The notes under the pieces were generated by a model. The model did no database searches. It saw only the letters and a list, made by a program, of their open reading frames with translations, and was not told where the DNA came from. From Sphingobium sp. (GTDB lineage Bacteria > Pseudomonadota > Alphaproteobacteria > Sphingomonadales > Sphingomonadaceae): a stretch of 64,000 nucleotides of DNA. Below, in pieces: positions 1 through 9,463 of the stretch (positions are counted from its first letter, which is position 1; every line of letters begins with the position of its first letter). Both the position numbers and the translations under genes were made by a program. The stretch covers positions 23,191 through 87,190 of the forward strand of contig DATFDS010000246.1 in the NCBI GenBank assembly GCA_035251955.1, read 5' to 3'.

Positions 1-722
1 AGGCAGACGCCGCCGTCATTCACCAGGCACATGTCGAGCAGGTGCAGCGGGCGGACGATATAGCGCGAAGCCAAATAATCCTCGATGGTGATCGGCGTCT
101 GCATGATCGCCTTGGGATTGGCGATGGCATGGGCGCGCAGTTGCGCCGCGACCGCGCCCAGATCCTCCTCGCGCTTGCCGTAGCGGGCCTGATAATGGCT
201 CCACACCAGTGCCCAGTGCGCCGCCTGTGAGCTGAAGCCCCAGGGCAGGTGATAATAATAGCTGTTCGACGCGCCGCTGCTGTCCGAATAGACAGCGCCG
301 CCATATTGACGGCCGATCGCGCGCGAGGCGGCGGAATAGACGAGCGCGACGGTGTCCGCCTTGCCCGCCGCGATGTCGGCGCAGACCCGCGGCAGCGTGC
401 CGGCCATGATCGGCGTGTTGCGGATAGAATAGCGCGGTTTGATGCCGAGCAGCCGCGCGGTTTCCTCAGGACTAGGACCGCCATAGATGAAGGAGGTCGA
501 AACGCCGTCAATATCGGCGCGGGTCAGCCCGGAATCGGCGAGCGCGCGTTCGAAGGCGGTCAGCGCCAGCCCCTCGGGCGTCGGCGCCTGATAATCAGGC
601 GCCTTGGCGCGCGAGGCCTGATAATCGAGCCGATAGTCGGTCTCGCCGACGCCGACGATCGCCGCCCGGCGGCTGAGCGCCGGATCGGAAGGCGGCATGG
701 GCGCGAAGAAGGATTCGGACAC
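1..722 (-). CDS. Thiolase-family protein (SCP-x/Ltp2-like), runs off the window start
   Basis: Not in the ORF track. Hand translation from GTG at 722: MSESFFAPMPPSDPALSRRAAIVGVGETDY...ADSGLTRADIDG...EEDLGAVAAQLRAHAIANPKAIM...SRYIVRPLHLLDMCLVNDGG, typical thiolase-fold motifs. Confidence 0.85.
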   Translation of the reverse strand, partial: MSESFFAPMPPSDPALSRRAAIVGVGETDYRLDYQASRAKAPDYQAPTPEGLALTAFERALADSGLTRADIDGVSTSFIYGGPSPEETARLLGIKPRYSIRNTPIMAGTLPRVCADIAAGKADTVALVYSAASRAIGRQYGGAVYSDSSGASNSYYYHLPWGFSSQAAHWALVWSHYQARYGKREEDLGAVAAQLRAHAIANPKAIMQTPITIEDYLASRYIVRPLHLLDMCLVNDGGVC

Positions 723-761
723 TTTATACCCCCAAATTGCGGCAGCGCGGAGCGACCGGCA

Positions 762-1550
762 TCAGCCCGCGACCAGCCCGCCGTCGACCGGCACCGAAAC
801 GCCGGTGATGTTCTTCGCCAGATCCGATGCCAGGAACATCGCCGCGTTGGCGACATCCTCAGGATCGATCGGGCGGCCGAGCGGATGGAGATTGGCGTAG
901 ATTTCCTTCTCCTGATCCGACACCTGCCGATAGCCGACCTCCAGCGGGATGCCGAAATTGGTCGCCATGCCGGCCGGGCAGACCGAATTGACGCGGATCC
1001 CCTGCCCCGCATATTCGATCGCCAGACTGCGCGTCAGCTGAATGACCGCACCCTTGGTTCCGCCATAGATGGCGCCGCCCCAGCCGATCAGCCCTGCGAC
1101 CGATGCCGTGTTGACGATAACGCCCTGCTTGCCGCCCTGCGCCAGAAACTGGCGGATCGCCTGGCGGCAGCCGTTGACGGTGCCCCGGAAATTGACATTG
1201 GCGAGCCGGTCATAGTCGGCGTCGGTCGTGTCGGCGAAACCGATGGTGGCGCTGCCCTGCATCGTCGTGGCGATGCCGGCATTGTTGAACATGATGTCGA
1301 GCCGGCCATAGGCGGCGACCGCTGCCTGGACGGCGGCGATCACCTGATCCTCCCGGCTGACGTCGCAGGTCACGGCCTGCGCCGTGCCGCCCTCGCCCTG
1401 GACCAGCGCCACGGTTTCGACATTGCGGTCCGCGACGACGTCGGCGCAGATCAGCCTGGCGCCATTGCGCGCGAAGATCAGCGAAGCAGCCCGGCCGACG
1501 CCGGAGCCCGCACCGGTGATGATGACGGATTTGCCTTCAAGCAGCATCAT
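762..1550 (-). CDS. SDR family NAD(P)-dependent oxidoreductase
   Basis: TGAGSGVG, NNAG and YGGTK motifs. Confidence 0.95.
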   Translation of the reverse strand: MMLLEGKSVIITGAGSGVGRAASLIFARNGARLICADVVADRNVETVALVQGEGGTAQAVTCDVSREDQVIAAVQAAVAAYGRLDIMFNNAGIATTMQGSATIGFADTTDADYDRLANVNFRGTVNGCRQAIRQFLAQGGKQGVIVNTASVAGLIGWGGAIYGGTKGAVIQLTRSLAIEYAGQGIRVNSVCPAGMATNFGIPLEVGYRQVSDQEKEIYANLHPLGRPIDPEDVANAAMFLASDLAKNITGVSVPVDGGLVAG

Positions 1551-1559
1551 GCGCCCTCC

Positions 1560-3053
1560 TCAGCCGATGTTCAGGCACTGGACTTCCTGATAGACGCGGA
1601 TGCCCTCCACGCCCCGCTCCCGGCCGAGCCCGCTATGCTTGTGCCCACCCGAAGAGGCATAGGCGCTTGCAAAGCCGCCGTTCAGGTTGACCGTGCCGGA
1701 ACGGATGCGGGTCGCCACATTGAGCGCGGCGCGCCTGTCCTTGCCGTAGACATAGCCCGACAGGCCATATTCGGAATCATTGGCGATCTCGATCGCATGG
1801 TCGACGTCGCGATAGCCCATGACGCAGACGACGGGTCCGAAAATCTCCTCCGCCGCGGCCGGGTTCTTGTTGTCGGCGACATCAAGGATGGTCGGCTCGA
1901 AGAAATAGCCGGGCCGGTCGGCGCGCTTGCCGCCCGCGACGATCTTGCCGCCCGCCTCGACCGACAGCGCGACATAGCGTTCGCAGCGTTCCAGCTGCGC
2001 CTGGCTGATGACCGGGCTCATGGTCGAAGCCTTGTCGGTCGGATCGCCGATGCGGAGCGCCGCCAGCGTGCCCTTCATCGCTTCGAGCGCCTTCGCCTTC
2101 TCGGCTTCGGGCACCAGGATGCGGGTGCCGAGCACGCAGCCCTGGCCGGCATGCGCCATCAGCACGCTGAGCGCTGCATAGGTCGCCGCCTCGACATTGT
2201 CGGGCAGGTAGATCTGCGCCGACTTGCCGCCCAGTTCCAGCTGCACGCGCTTGAGCGTGGGCGCGGCCTGCGCCATCACGCTCTTGCCGACGCCGCTCGA
2301 CCCGGTGAAGCCGACCATGTCGACATCGGGATGGGTGGTCAAAAGATGCGCGCCTTCAAAGCCCCCCTCGACCAGGATGTTGAGTACGCCTTCGGGCAAC
2401 CCGGCCTCGATCGCCGCCTCGGTCAGGGCGAGCGCGCTCAGCGGGGTCAGCGGGCTGGGCCGCAGGATCACGGTGTTGCCCGTGGCGAGCGCGGGGAAGA
2501 CCTTCCAGAGCGCTATCGTCAGCGGGAAATTATAGGCGGCGATGCCGGCGACAACGCCGATCGGCACATAGCGCCGCAGGCTCTGGACGGTCCCGCCCTG
2601 CGCCGTCACGCGCTCTTCGAGGGGCAGCGGATTCTCCTCGACCTCGGGCAGCTTGAGATAGAGGTCGAGCATGCCGTGCATCTGGTGCAGCGGCGAATTG
2701 ACCTGCGCGCCGAGCAGCATCGAGCCGGCGGGGCAGCCGGTCTCGGTCGTGATCAGCGCCCGCAGCGCATCGGTGCGCGCCTCGAGCGCGGCAAGGAAGC
2801 GCTTCAGCGCCGCGACGCGATCGGCCGGGGTCAGGCCGGACCAGTCGCCCTTGTCGAACGCCTTGCGCGCTGCGGCGATCGCAGCCTCGAACTGCCCGAG
2901 CGACGCGCCCGGGAATATCGCGCTCGGTTCGCCTGTGCCGGGGTTGAGCACCGTCATCGTCGCGCCCCTCCCCTTCACCGCCCGGCCGTTGATGAGCATC
3001 TCCTGTGGCAGCCCGATCGCCTGATCCGTCGCCTCTGCCGCTGCCGTCGTCAT
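1560..3053 (-). CDS. Aldehyde dehydrogenase
   Basis: FTGS, LELGGKSA, GQGC (catalytic Cys) and EEIFGP. Start set at MTTAAAE, which overlaps the upstream stop. Confidence 0.95.
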   Translation of the reverse strand: MTTAAAEATDQAIGLPQEMLINGRAVKGRGATMTVLNPGTGEPSAIFPGASLGQFEAAIAAARKAFDKGDWSGLTPADRVAALKRFLAALEARTDALRALITTETGCPAGSMLLGAQVNSPLHQMHGMLDLYLKLPEVEENPLPLEERVTAQGGTVQSLRRYVPIGVVAGIAAYNFPLTIALWKVFPALATGNTVILRPSPLTPLSALALTEAAIEAGLPEGVLNILVEGGFEGAHLLTTHPDVDMVGFTGSSGVGKSVMAQAAPTLKRVQLELGGKSAQIYLPDNVEAATYAALSVLMAHAGQGCVLGTRILVPEAEKAKALEAMKGTLAALRIGDPTDKASTMSPVISQAQLERCERYVALSVEAGGKIVAGGKRADRPGYFFEPTILDVADNKNPAAAEEIFGPVVCVMGYRDVDHAIEIANDSEYGLSGYVYGKDRRAALNVATRIRSGTVNLNGGFASAYASSGGHKHSGLGRERGVEGIRVYQEVQCLNIG

Positions 3054-4126
3054 GCCTGCACCCCGATAATTCCGTCGGTCTGGACAGCGGCCGGATCGGG
3101 CGCCACGCGCACCACCACCTTGCCGGTCCTGCTCTGTTCGAAAAGGCCGCACAGGGCGGCGGGAAGGGCCGATATCCCCTCCTCCACATGCACCGGCGTG
3201 CGGAGCGCGCCCGAGGCGATCAGCACGCCGATCTCGCGCTCGAATTCGGGGCGCAGCGCCTCCTCGCCGACCTGGCTGAACGCCTGGATCGATGCGCTGC
3301 GCGCCATCAGGGCCTCCATCAACGGCGGCAGATGGTCCGTGCCCGGCCCGTCATGGCCCTGATATTGCGACATCAGCCCGCAGATCATGATCCTGCCGCG
3401 CGGCTTGAGAAGCGTCGCGACCGTCGCCATCAACGGCCCGCCGACATTGTCGAAATAGACGTCGACGCCCTCGGGCACCGCGGCCTTGAGCTGATCGAGG
3501 AAATCGGGCGCACTGCGATCCGCCACGGCGGCATAGCCATAGTCACGGACGAGTTCGGCCTGCTTCTCCTTGCCCGAAGCGATGCCGACCGCGCGACCGC
3601 CATGCATTGCGACCAGCGGTCCCACGACCGATCCGACCGCGCCGCCGGCGCCGCTCACCAGCACAGTCTGGCCGGGTTGCACGCCGCCCATCCGGCGGAT
3701 GCCGATCCAGGCGGTGAAGCCCGGTAGGCCGTAGACGCCCAGCGCATTGTAGAGCGGTTCCACGCCCGCGCCCACGCGCTGCACGCCATTGCCCTTCGAA
3801 ACCGCATATTCCTGCCAGCCAAAGCGTCCTTCGACCCGGTCGCCCACGGCAAAATCGGGATGATTGGACCGCACGACCTCGCCCACGGCAGGACCCGGGA
3901 TCACCGCGCCGAGCGGCAGCCAGGGCGAGGCCATGCCGAGCGGCCTGGCGTCCACGGTGATGCGCAGCATCGGCTCCACCGATGCATAGACGATGCGAAC
4001 AAGGAACTCGCCCTCGCCGGGCGCGGGAACCGGCCCTTCCTCGATCGCGAAATTTTCCGCGCCGATCGGACCATCGGCATAGGCGCGCAGCGTGACGCGC
4101 GACTGCCGGTCAGGAATGGAATTCAT
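3050..4126 (-). CDS. NADP-dependent MDR oxidoreductase (alkenal/CurA/prostaglandin reductase-like)
   Basis: GLPGFTAW, VSGAGGAVG, GVDVYFDNVGG, TGKVVV. Confidence 0.9.
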   Translation of the reverse strand: MNSIPDRQSRVTLRAYADGPIGAENFAIEEGPVPAPGEGEFLVRIVYASVEPMLRITVDARPLGMASPWLPLGAVIPGPAVGEVVRSNHPDFAVGDRVEGRFGWQEYAVSKGNGVQRVGAGVEPLYNALGVYGLPGFTAWIGIRRMGGVQPGQTVLVSGAGGAVGSVVGPLVAMHGGRAVGIASGKEKQAELVRDYGYAAVADRSAPDFLDQLKAAVPEGVDVYFDNVGGPLMATVATLLKPRGRIMICGLMSQYQGHDGPGTDHLPPLMEALMARSASIQAFSQVGEEALRPEFEREIGVLIASGALRTPVHVEEGISALPAALCGLFEQSRTGKVVVRVAPDPAAVQTDGIIGVQA

Positions 4127-4273
4127 CAGTCACTCTCCCGACGCCGCGCGAGGCCTGCGGAGCTTTCACCCTCGCCTGTGGCGGCATCCTTTCGCGCCGT
4201 TTCTATCCACGCTCGATATACCAAATCCAATATCAAATCAGAGCATTCTCATATCAAGCGACTATGTGTCATT

Positions 4274-4576
4274 TCATTCGCTGATCTGCACCAGCATGTA
4301 ATTGGCCGAATTCGCCTTGTCGAAAGCGGGGTCCATAGGCCGCACGCCGCCCATAGCCTGCAGCGTCGTCGGCAGATCGTCGGTCTCGATCTCGTAGACG
4401 GCGGCATAGGGCCATTTGGAATCGGGCGACAACACCTTGAAGCGACGCGCCGACACCACCCCCGGCACCGTCTTGAGATCGGGCACGTGCACCTCGTCAT
4501 ACCAGCGGTTAAAGGCTTCCTCCGCGCCCTCGCCCGCGACCGGGCCGTTGAGGCCGATGATCATATATTTCGCCAT
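4274..4576 (-). CDS. Small EthD/DUF4286-like dimeric alpha+beta barrel protein
   Basis: FNRWYDEVHVPDLKTVPGVVSARRF...YAAVYEIE; paralog at 13958. Confidence 0.75.
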   Translation of the reverse strand: MAKYMIIGLNGPVAGEGAEEAFNRWYDEVHVPDLKTVPGVVSARRFKVLSPDSKWPYAAVYEIETDDLPTTLQAMGGVRPMDPAFDKANSANYMLVQISE

Positions 4577-4629
4577 GATGGACCGCCTTTCCTCTGGTTG
4601 CATTCGGCCTTGCGGGCCGTTCCTTTCCT

Positions 4630-5397
4630 TCAGCCGGCGAATGCCAGCCAGTCCTGATCGTCGGCGACAAGCGCTTCGGGCCGGTCGCTGAAATCGAGCC
4701 GCGATTCGGGGATGCGCTCGACCTGGCCGGCACGCTCGGGCTGCCAGGCCCAGCATCCGCCCAGCGGGCCCATCGGCCCCAGCGCCTTGATGTCGATCCC
4801 CCGCCCCTGGCTCACGAATACGGCGCGACGCAGCACCAGCGCCGCCTCCGCCTCACCTTCCGGCAGTGTACGGACGAAGGCGGTGAAGCCCGTGCCGATG
4901 CTGCGTCCGGCAAAGAGCGCCGGCGCCTGGATGACATGGCCGTTCAGCGCCCAGCGCAGCACCTCGACGCCGTCGCGGCGCACCGCCGCGCTCGTGCGCC
5001 CGTCGACGCGGTCGGGGACGGAAACCTCGTAAAGACGGTGCGGGCGCCGGTGCGCCAGCGCGGCCACGGCCAGCGCCGCGAGATCGAACTGGTGCGTGCA
5101 TTGCTGCCGCGCGTCGGTAAATTCCATCACCTCGGCGGCACTCGCGACCAGCGGCTTGCCCGGCAGTTCGGCGAGCCGGGTGCCCGCGGCGGGGCAGAAA
5201 TTGTTGGGAAAGCGCAGCGCGTGGGACCGGGCCTCGGTGATCACCCCTCCCCCCGAGCGCAGCAGCACGCGGAAATGATGATAATCATCCTCGATCGCCG
5301 CCCGGGCTTCGAGCGCATCCACCCCGATCTCGCGCATCGCTATTTCCACGCGCCGGTTGAAGAACGGCGCCCGCGCCTTGATCATGCCTTCGTTCAT
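4630..5397 (-). CDS. DUF2889-like protein of unknown function
   Basis: IEDDYHHF, CPAA, CTHQFDL and C-terminal GCWAW; translationally coupled to the upstream kinase. Confidence 0.7.
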   Translation of the reverse strand: MNEGMIKARAPFFNRRVEIAMREIGVDALEARAAIEDDYHHFRVLLRSGGGVITEARSHALRFPNNFCPAAGTRLAELPGKPLVASAAEVMEFTDARQQCTHQFDLAALAVAALAHRRPHRLYEVSVPDRVDGRTSAAVRRDGVEVLRWALNGHVIQAPALFAGRSIGTGFTAFVRTLPEGEAEAALVLRRAVFVSQGRGIDIKALGPMGPLGGCWAWQPERAGQVERIPESRLDFSDRPEALVADDQDWLAFAG

Positions 5398-6467
5398 GCC
5401 GGCCTCATCCCGACGGCGTCAAAGCCGTCATGCCGCTCTACCGCCTTGCCCAGCCGGTCGACGAACACTTCAGTGATCGCCGGATCGACCCGGCGGGTGA
5501 TCGCCCAGAGATAATAGCCGTAGACGGTTGCCGCGCGATAGTGCGCCCTCGCCTCTGCCCGACCGGGCACGGCCACGCCCAAGCCGCGCGCCGTTTCCAG
5601 ATAATGGTCGAGCAGGTCCCATTCGCCCGCGACGGCGCGTTCGACCGGCAGCACCGCGCAGATATGATAGGCGACGTCCAGGGCCCAGTTGCCGCGCTGA
5701 AGCAGTTGCCAGTCGACCAGGCCAAGGCCGTCGGCGGTACGGTAGACATTGCCGGCATGACAATCGCCATGCAGCAATGTCGCGGGCAGCGCCGCGTCCG
5801 CCCGTGCCAGCGCCTCGAACGCGGCGACCAGCCGTTCCGCGTCGCGGGTGCGGCGATCGAGTTCCCGCCCCCTCGGCCCGTCGAGCAGGGTCTGGAGTTC
5901 GGACGGCGAAACGATCTTCCAGGCGGCGAGGTCGGCGATCCGCCGCGACAGGTTCGGCACCCGGTCCATCCTCCCTGTGCCGGCATGTAGCCGGGCGATC
6001 TGCGACAGGCTGTCCGCCGCATCGTCCAGGGTAAAGGGATCGAGCGCCGAGCAGAAGGTCGCCCCCTCCTCGATCAGGTCGCGCATGATGATGATGCCCT
6101 GGTCGCCGTCCCGGTCGGCGATGCCTGCGACGCATTCGGGCACGCGGACACCCAGTTCGCGCGCCAGCAGCAGGTAGAAATCGGTTTCGGTAAGGCTGGT
6201 CGCGCCGCCGCCGGCGCCCTTGTCCATGTCGACGAAGGCCTTGAGGCACAGCGCCGCCTCGCCGCCCGCCCAGCGCGCACGGAAGCGGATCTTCGTCGCG
6301 GTCGTGCGGATGGTCTCGACGACATCGACCGACTCGATCGGCGCGCCGCCCGTCAGCGGCGCCAGCGCCTTGCCCAGCCAGAGCGGATCGAGCGCGCCCT
6401 GCGTCGTCAAGGGCGCGGGGCAGGCCGCTGCGCTGACGTCGATCGAATGGCTTGCGCCTGGCATCAT
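5394..6467 (-). CDS. APH/choline-kinase-like phosphotransferase
   Basis: HGDCHAGN Brenner motif and DWQ metal-binding motif. Confidence 0.85.
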   Translation of the reverse strand: MMPGASHSIDVSAAACPAPLTTQGALDPLWLGKALAPLTGGAPIESVDVVETIRTTATKIRFRARWAGGEAALCLKAFVDMDKGAGGGATSLTETDFYLLLARELGVRVPECVAGIADRDGDQGIIIMRDLIEEGATFCSALDPFTLDDAADSLSQIARLHAGTGRMDRVPNLSRRIADLAAWKIVSPSELQTLLDGPRGRELDRRTRDAERLVAAFEALARADAALPATLLHGDCHAGNVYRTADGLGLVDWQLLQRGNWALDVAYHICAVLPVERAVAGEWDLLDHYLETARGLGVAVPGRAEARAHYRAATVYGYYLWAITRRVDPAITEVFVDRLGKAVERHDGFDAVGMRPA

Positions 6468-6612
6468 CACATCCCTTCTCCTCGCCCCATCGCCCGCATG
6501 GTCGGCCATCAAAGGGCGATCCGCGCGGGTGGGCGGCCTGGATCACACAGCGGGTCGGCTGGCTATGCCGCAGCAGGAATGCGCCGGCAAGTGAATTTCC
6601 GATTTCGATTTC

Positions 6613-6629
6613 GATATTCTGCGGATATC
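6613..6629. promoter_or_regulatory. Candidate LysR-type operator GATAT-N7-ATATC
   Basis: Dyad GATATTCTGCGGATATC (T-N11-A) in an AT-rich divergent intergenic region. Confidence 0.5.
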
Positions 6630-6746
6630 ATCTATAGGCGCATTGATATTGGAATAGCGCGGACCCGCTGCGCTATCCGCGGCCTGAACCCAAGGCGCCC
6701 CGACGAGGGGAACGGCCGTTTGGACAGTCGGGAGCAAGGAGCGAAG

Positions 6747-7955
6747 ATGCAAGGCATGTTTTCCGGAGTTCGGATCATCGAACTGGCGCAATATGTATTC
6801 GTGCCCGGGGCGAGCGTATTGCTGGTCGACCAAGGCGCCGAGGTCATCAAGATCGAGACGCCGGGCCATGGCGACCCCTATCGCACGCTGCAGGTCGGCG
6901 ACGGGCGTGAGGTCGGCGCGCTCAACCTTGCCATGGAACAGAACAACCGCGGCAAGAAGAGCATCGCGCTCGACCTCAAGTCCGAGGAAGGGCGCGAGGC
7001 GCTCCTGAAGCTGATCGAGACGGCCGACGTGTTCATCACCAGCCTGCGTCCCAAAGCGCTCAAAAGCTTGCGGCTCGATGTCGAAGATGTGCGCGCGCGC
7101 AATCCCAGGATCATCTATGCGCGCGGCAACGGCCTGGGCTTCCAGGGGCGCGAGGCGGACAAGGCCGGCTTCGATTCCTCCTGTTTCTGGGCGCGCGGCG
7201 GCTTCTCGCACGCGCTGACGATCCCGGGCAACAGGCCGACCCCGTCGCGGCCGGCGCTGGGCGACCATTCGGCGTCGATCTCGCTCGCCTTCGCCATCGC
7301 CTCGGCCCTCTACAAGCGCGCGATGACCGGGGAACCAACGGTGGTCGAAACCTCGCTGCTGCAGACGGCGGTCTGGATCCTGTCTTCCGACGTCACCTAT
7401 TCGCAGGCGCCGGGCTATTCAACCCACCCCAAGGCGGCGAGCGTCGCGCGCTATCCTTTGCTGAGCGCCTATCCGACCCGCGACGGGCGCCTGCTGCAGC
7501 TGATGCTGCTCGATCCGCGGCCGCATTGGGGTCCGCTCTGCCGCATCCTGGATATCGAGGAACTGGAAAATGATCCCCGCTTCGTCGACAACGCCGCCCG
7601 CATGACCAACGCGCAGGAACTGGTCGACATCATCGGGGGGAAGGTCGGCGCGCGGGACTGGGCCGAATGGAAGCCCATCTTCGACGCCTGGGACGCGCCC
7701 TGGGAACTGATCCAGACGATCGAGGAGGTCGCCGCCGACCCGCAGGTCGCGGCGAACGAGATGATCTTCCACATCGACGTCGACGGGCAGAAGGTCCGGC
7801 TGGTCTCCGGCCCCGCCACCTTCGATGGCCGTGCGGCGCCGATCGCGTTCTGCGGATCGCCCGGCATGGGTGAGCATACCGAGGCGCTGCTGAGCGAAGT
7901 GGGCTATTCCGCCAACGCGATCGGCGACCTGCTCGACCGCCGCGTGGCCCAATGA
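6747..7955 (+). CDS. CaiB/BaiF class III CoA-transferase
   Basis: GAEVIKIE, NRGKKSIALDLK, NPRIIYA, LGDH. Confidence 0.93.
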   Translation: MQGMFSGVRIIELAQYVFVPGASVLLVDQGAEVIKIETPGHGDPYRTLQVGDGREVGALNLAMEQNNRGKKSIALDLKSEEGREALLKLIETADVFITSLRPKALKSLRLDVEDVRARNPRIIYARGNGLGFQGREADKAGFDSSCFWARGGFSHALTIPGNRPTPSRPALGDHSASISLAFAIASALYKRAMTGEPTVVETSLLQTAVWILSSDVTYSQAPGYSTHPKAASVARYPLLSAYPTRDGRLLQLMLLDPRPHWGPLCRILDIEELENDPRFVDNAARMTNAQELVDIIGGKVGARDWAEWKPIFDAWDAPWELIQTIEEVAADPQVAANEMIFHIDVDGQKVRLVSGPATFDGRAAPIAFCGSPGMGEHTEALLSEVGYSANAIGDLLDRRVAQ

Positions 7956-7991
7956 ATCTCATATCATTCTAGTATTAAGACAGGATGATTT

Positions 7992-8008
7992 GATATTTGA
8001 CGCATATT
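7992..8008. promoter_or_regulatory. Candidate operator GATAT-N7-ATATT
   Basis: GATATTTGACGCATATT upstream of the amidohydrolase; same spacing as the 6613 site. Confidence 0.45.
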
Positions 8009-8095
8009 CGAACGGCCCATATTCTACACCCAGGAATGTCGCTGGCGGCCGATCGGCACCCCCGCGAATTCGACAAGGATCACGAGGAGAATATT

Positions 8096-9271
8096 ATGAG
8101 CGACACCGTCACGCTGGATCGGCAGACGACCAGGTCGAAGGTCGATTACCGCATCATCGATGCCGACCAGCATCTCAACCCGCCGCATGATTTCTGGAAG
8201 GACTATCTTCCCGCGAACCTTCAGCACCTGGCGCCCTATATCGAAAGCGCCGAAGATGCCGACTATCTGATCTTCGAAGGTAGCCGCCGCAAAATCAACA
8301 TCATGCACGCCCTTGCCGGGGTCAAGGCCAAAGACTTCAAGATGGAAGGCCGCGTCAAGGACTTCCGCCGCGGTTCCTTCGATCCCGCGGGCCGCATCGA
8401 GGACATGGACATGGACGGTGTCGATGTCGCGGTAATTTACGGCGGCGGCCCGCTGGGCACGGCTAACAAGGAATTGTTCCTCGAAAGCTTCAACGCCTAC
8501 AACCGTTTCGTCATGGACTTCGCGCTGCATGACCGCGCGCGCCTGTGCCCGGTCGGCTACATCCCGATGGTCGACGTCGCCGATTCGGTCGCCCGCCTGA
8601 AAGTGCTGGCAAAGATGGGCTTCACCGTCATCAACATCCCGGCCTACCCGTTCGATCTCGACTCGCTGACCGCCTCGGGCGCACAGGTCCACTCGCTGAC
8701 GGGCAACATGAATGCCGAAAAGCTGTATGACGATCCCATGTACGACCCGTTCTGGGCCGCTGCGGTCGAACATGATATCGCGCTGACCTTCCACCTGGGC
8801 GGTCGCGTTACGCGCTTCACCAACAAGCAGCGTATCCTGGCCGACATGCTGGCGAGCAAGTTCGCCATGGCCGAAACCCCTTCGACGATGATCTTCGGCG
8901 GCGTGTTCGACCGTTTCCCCGGTCTCAAGATCGGTACGATCGAATCGGGCGGCGGCTGGCTGGCCTTCGCGGCGGACTATATGGACCGCACTTGGGAAAA
9001 GCAGCGCTTCTGGACAGAAAGCACGCTCAAGAATCCGCCCAGCTTCTACATGGGCCAGAATATCCACGCGTCGTTCATCCATGATCGCGTGGCGATCGAG
9101 ACCTGCCACCTGCCCGGCGCGAAGAATGTGATGTGGTCGTCGGACTATCCGCATTCGGAAACGACCTTTCCTGAATCGCAGGACTGGATCGAACGCCTGT
9201 TCAAGGGCATTTCGGAACAGGACAAGAAGATGATCCTGTGCGACACGGCGGAGAAGTTCTTCCGCGTCTAA
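8096..9271 (+). CDS. Amidohydrolase_2 family protein
   Basis: IIDADQH, FHLG, GVFDRFPGLK and WSSDYPH motifs. Confidence 0.9.
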   Translation: MSDTVTLDRQTTRSKVDYRIIDADQHLNPPHDFWKDYLPANLQHLAPYIESAEDADYLIFEGSRRKINIMHALAGVKAKDFKMEGRVKDFRRGSFDPAGRIEDMDMDGVDVAVIYGGGPLGTANKELFLESFNAYNRFVMDFALHDRARLCPVGYIPMVDVADSVARLKVLAKMGFTVINIPAYPFDLDSLTASGAQVHSLTGNMNAEKLYDDPMYDPFWAAAVEHDIALTFHLGGRVTRFTNKQRILADMLASKFAMAETPSTMIFGGVFDRFPGLKIGTIESGGGWLAFAADYMDRTWEKQRFWTESTLKNPPSFYMGQNIHASFIHDRVAIETCHLPGAKNVMWSSDYPHSETTFPESQDWIERLFKGISEQDKKMILCDTAEKFFRV

Positions 9272-9463
9272 GACCCGCTCGCTTGCGAAATGACGGGCTG
9301 CCGGCCTCACGGCTTGGCCGCCCGTCTGCGAGGGATGGAGACCGGAATAGATATCGAAGTTCCTTCGAGAATGGCTTGATCATGCCGATCGACCTCTGCC
9401 ATAGGATGTTCGACGGGAGAGTCCCGGAGGATTTTCGGTTCCTCCTTCGGCAGTGCAAGGATA

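Noticed and set aside
249-3362. 1037-aa plus-strand ORF
   Set aside because: Antisense shadow of the thiolase, SDR and ALDH genes; Arg/Ala-rich with no motifs, as expected in high-GC DNA.
5394-6467. Aminoglycoside resistance gene
   Set aside because: Only the general kinase fold motifs are present, and the context is catabolic with no mobile-element or resistance neighbours.
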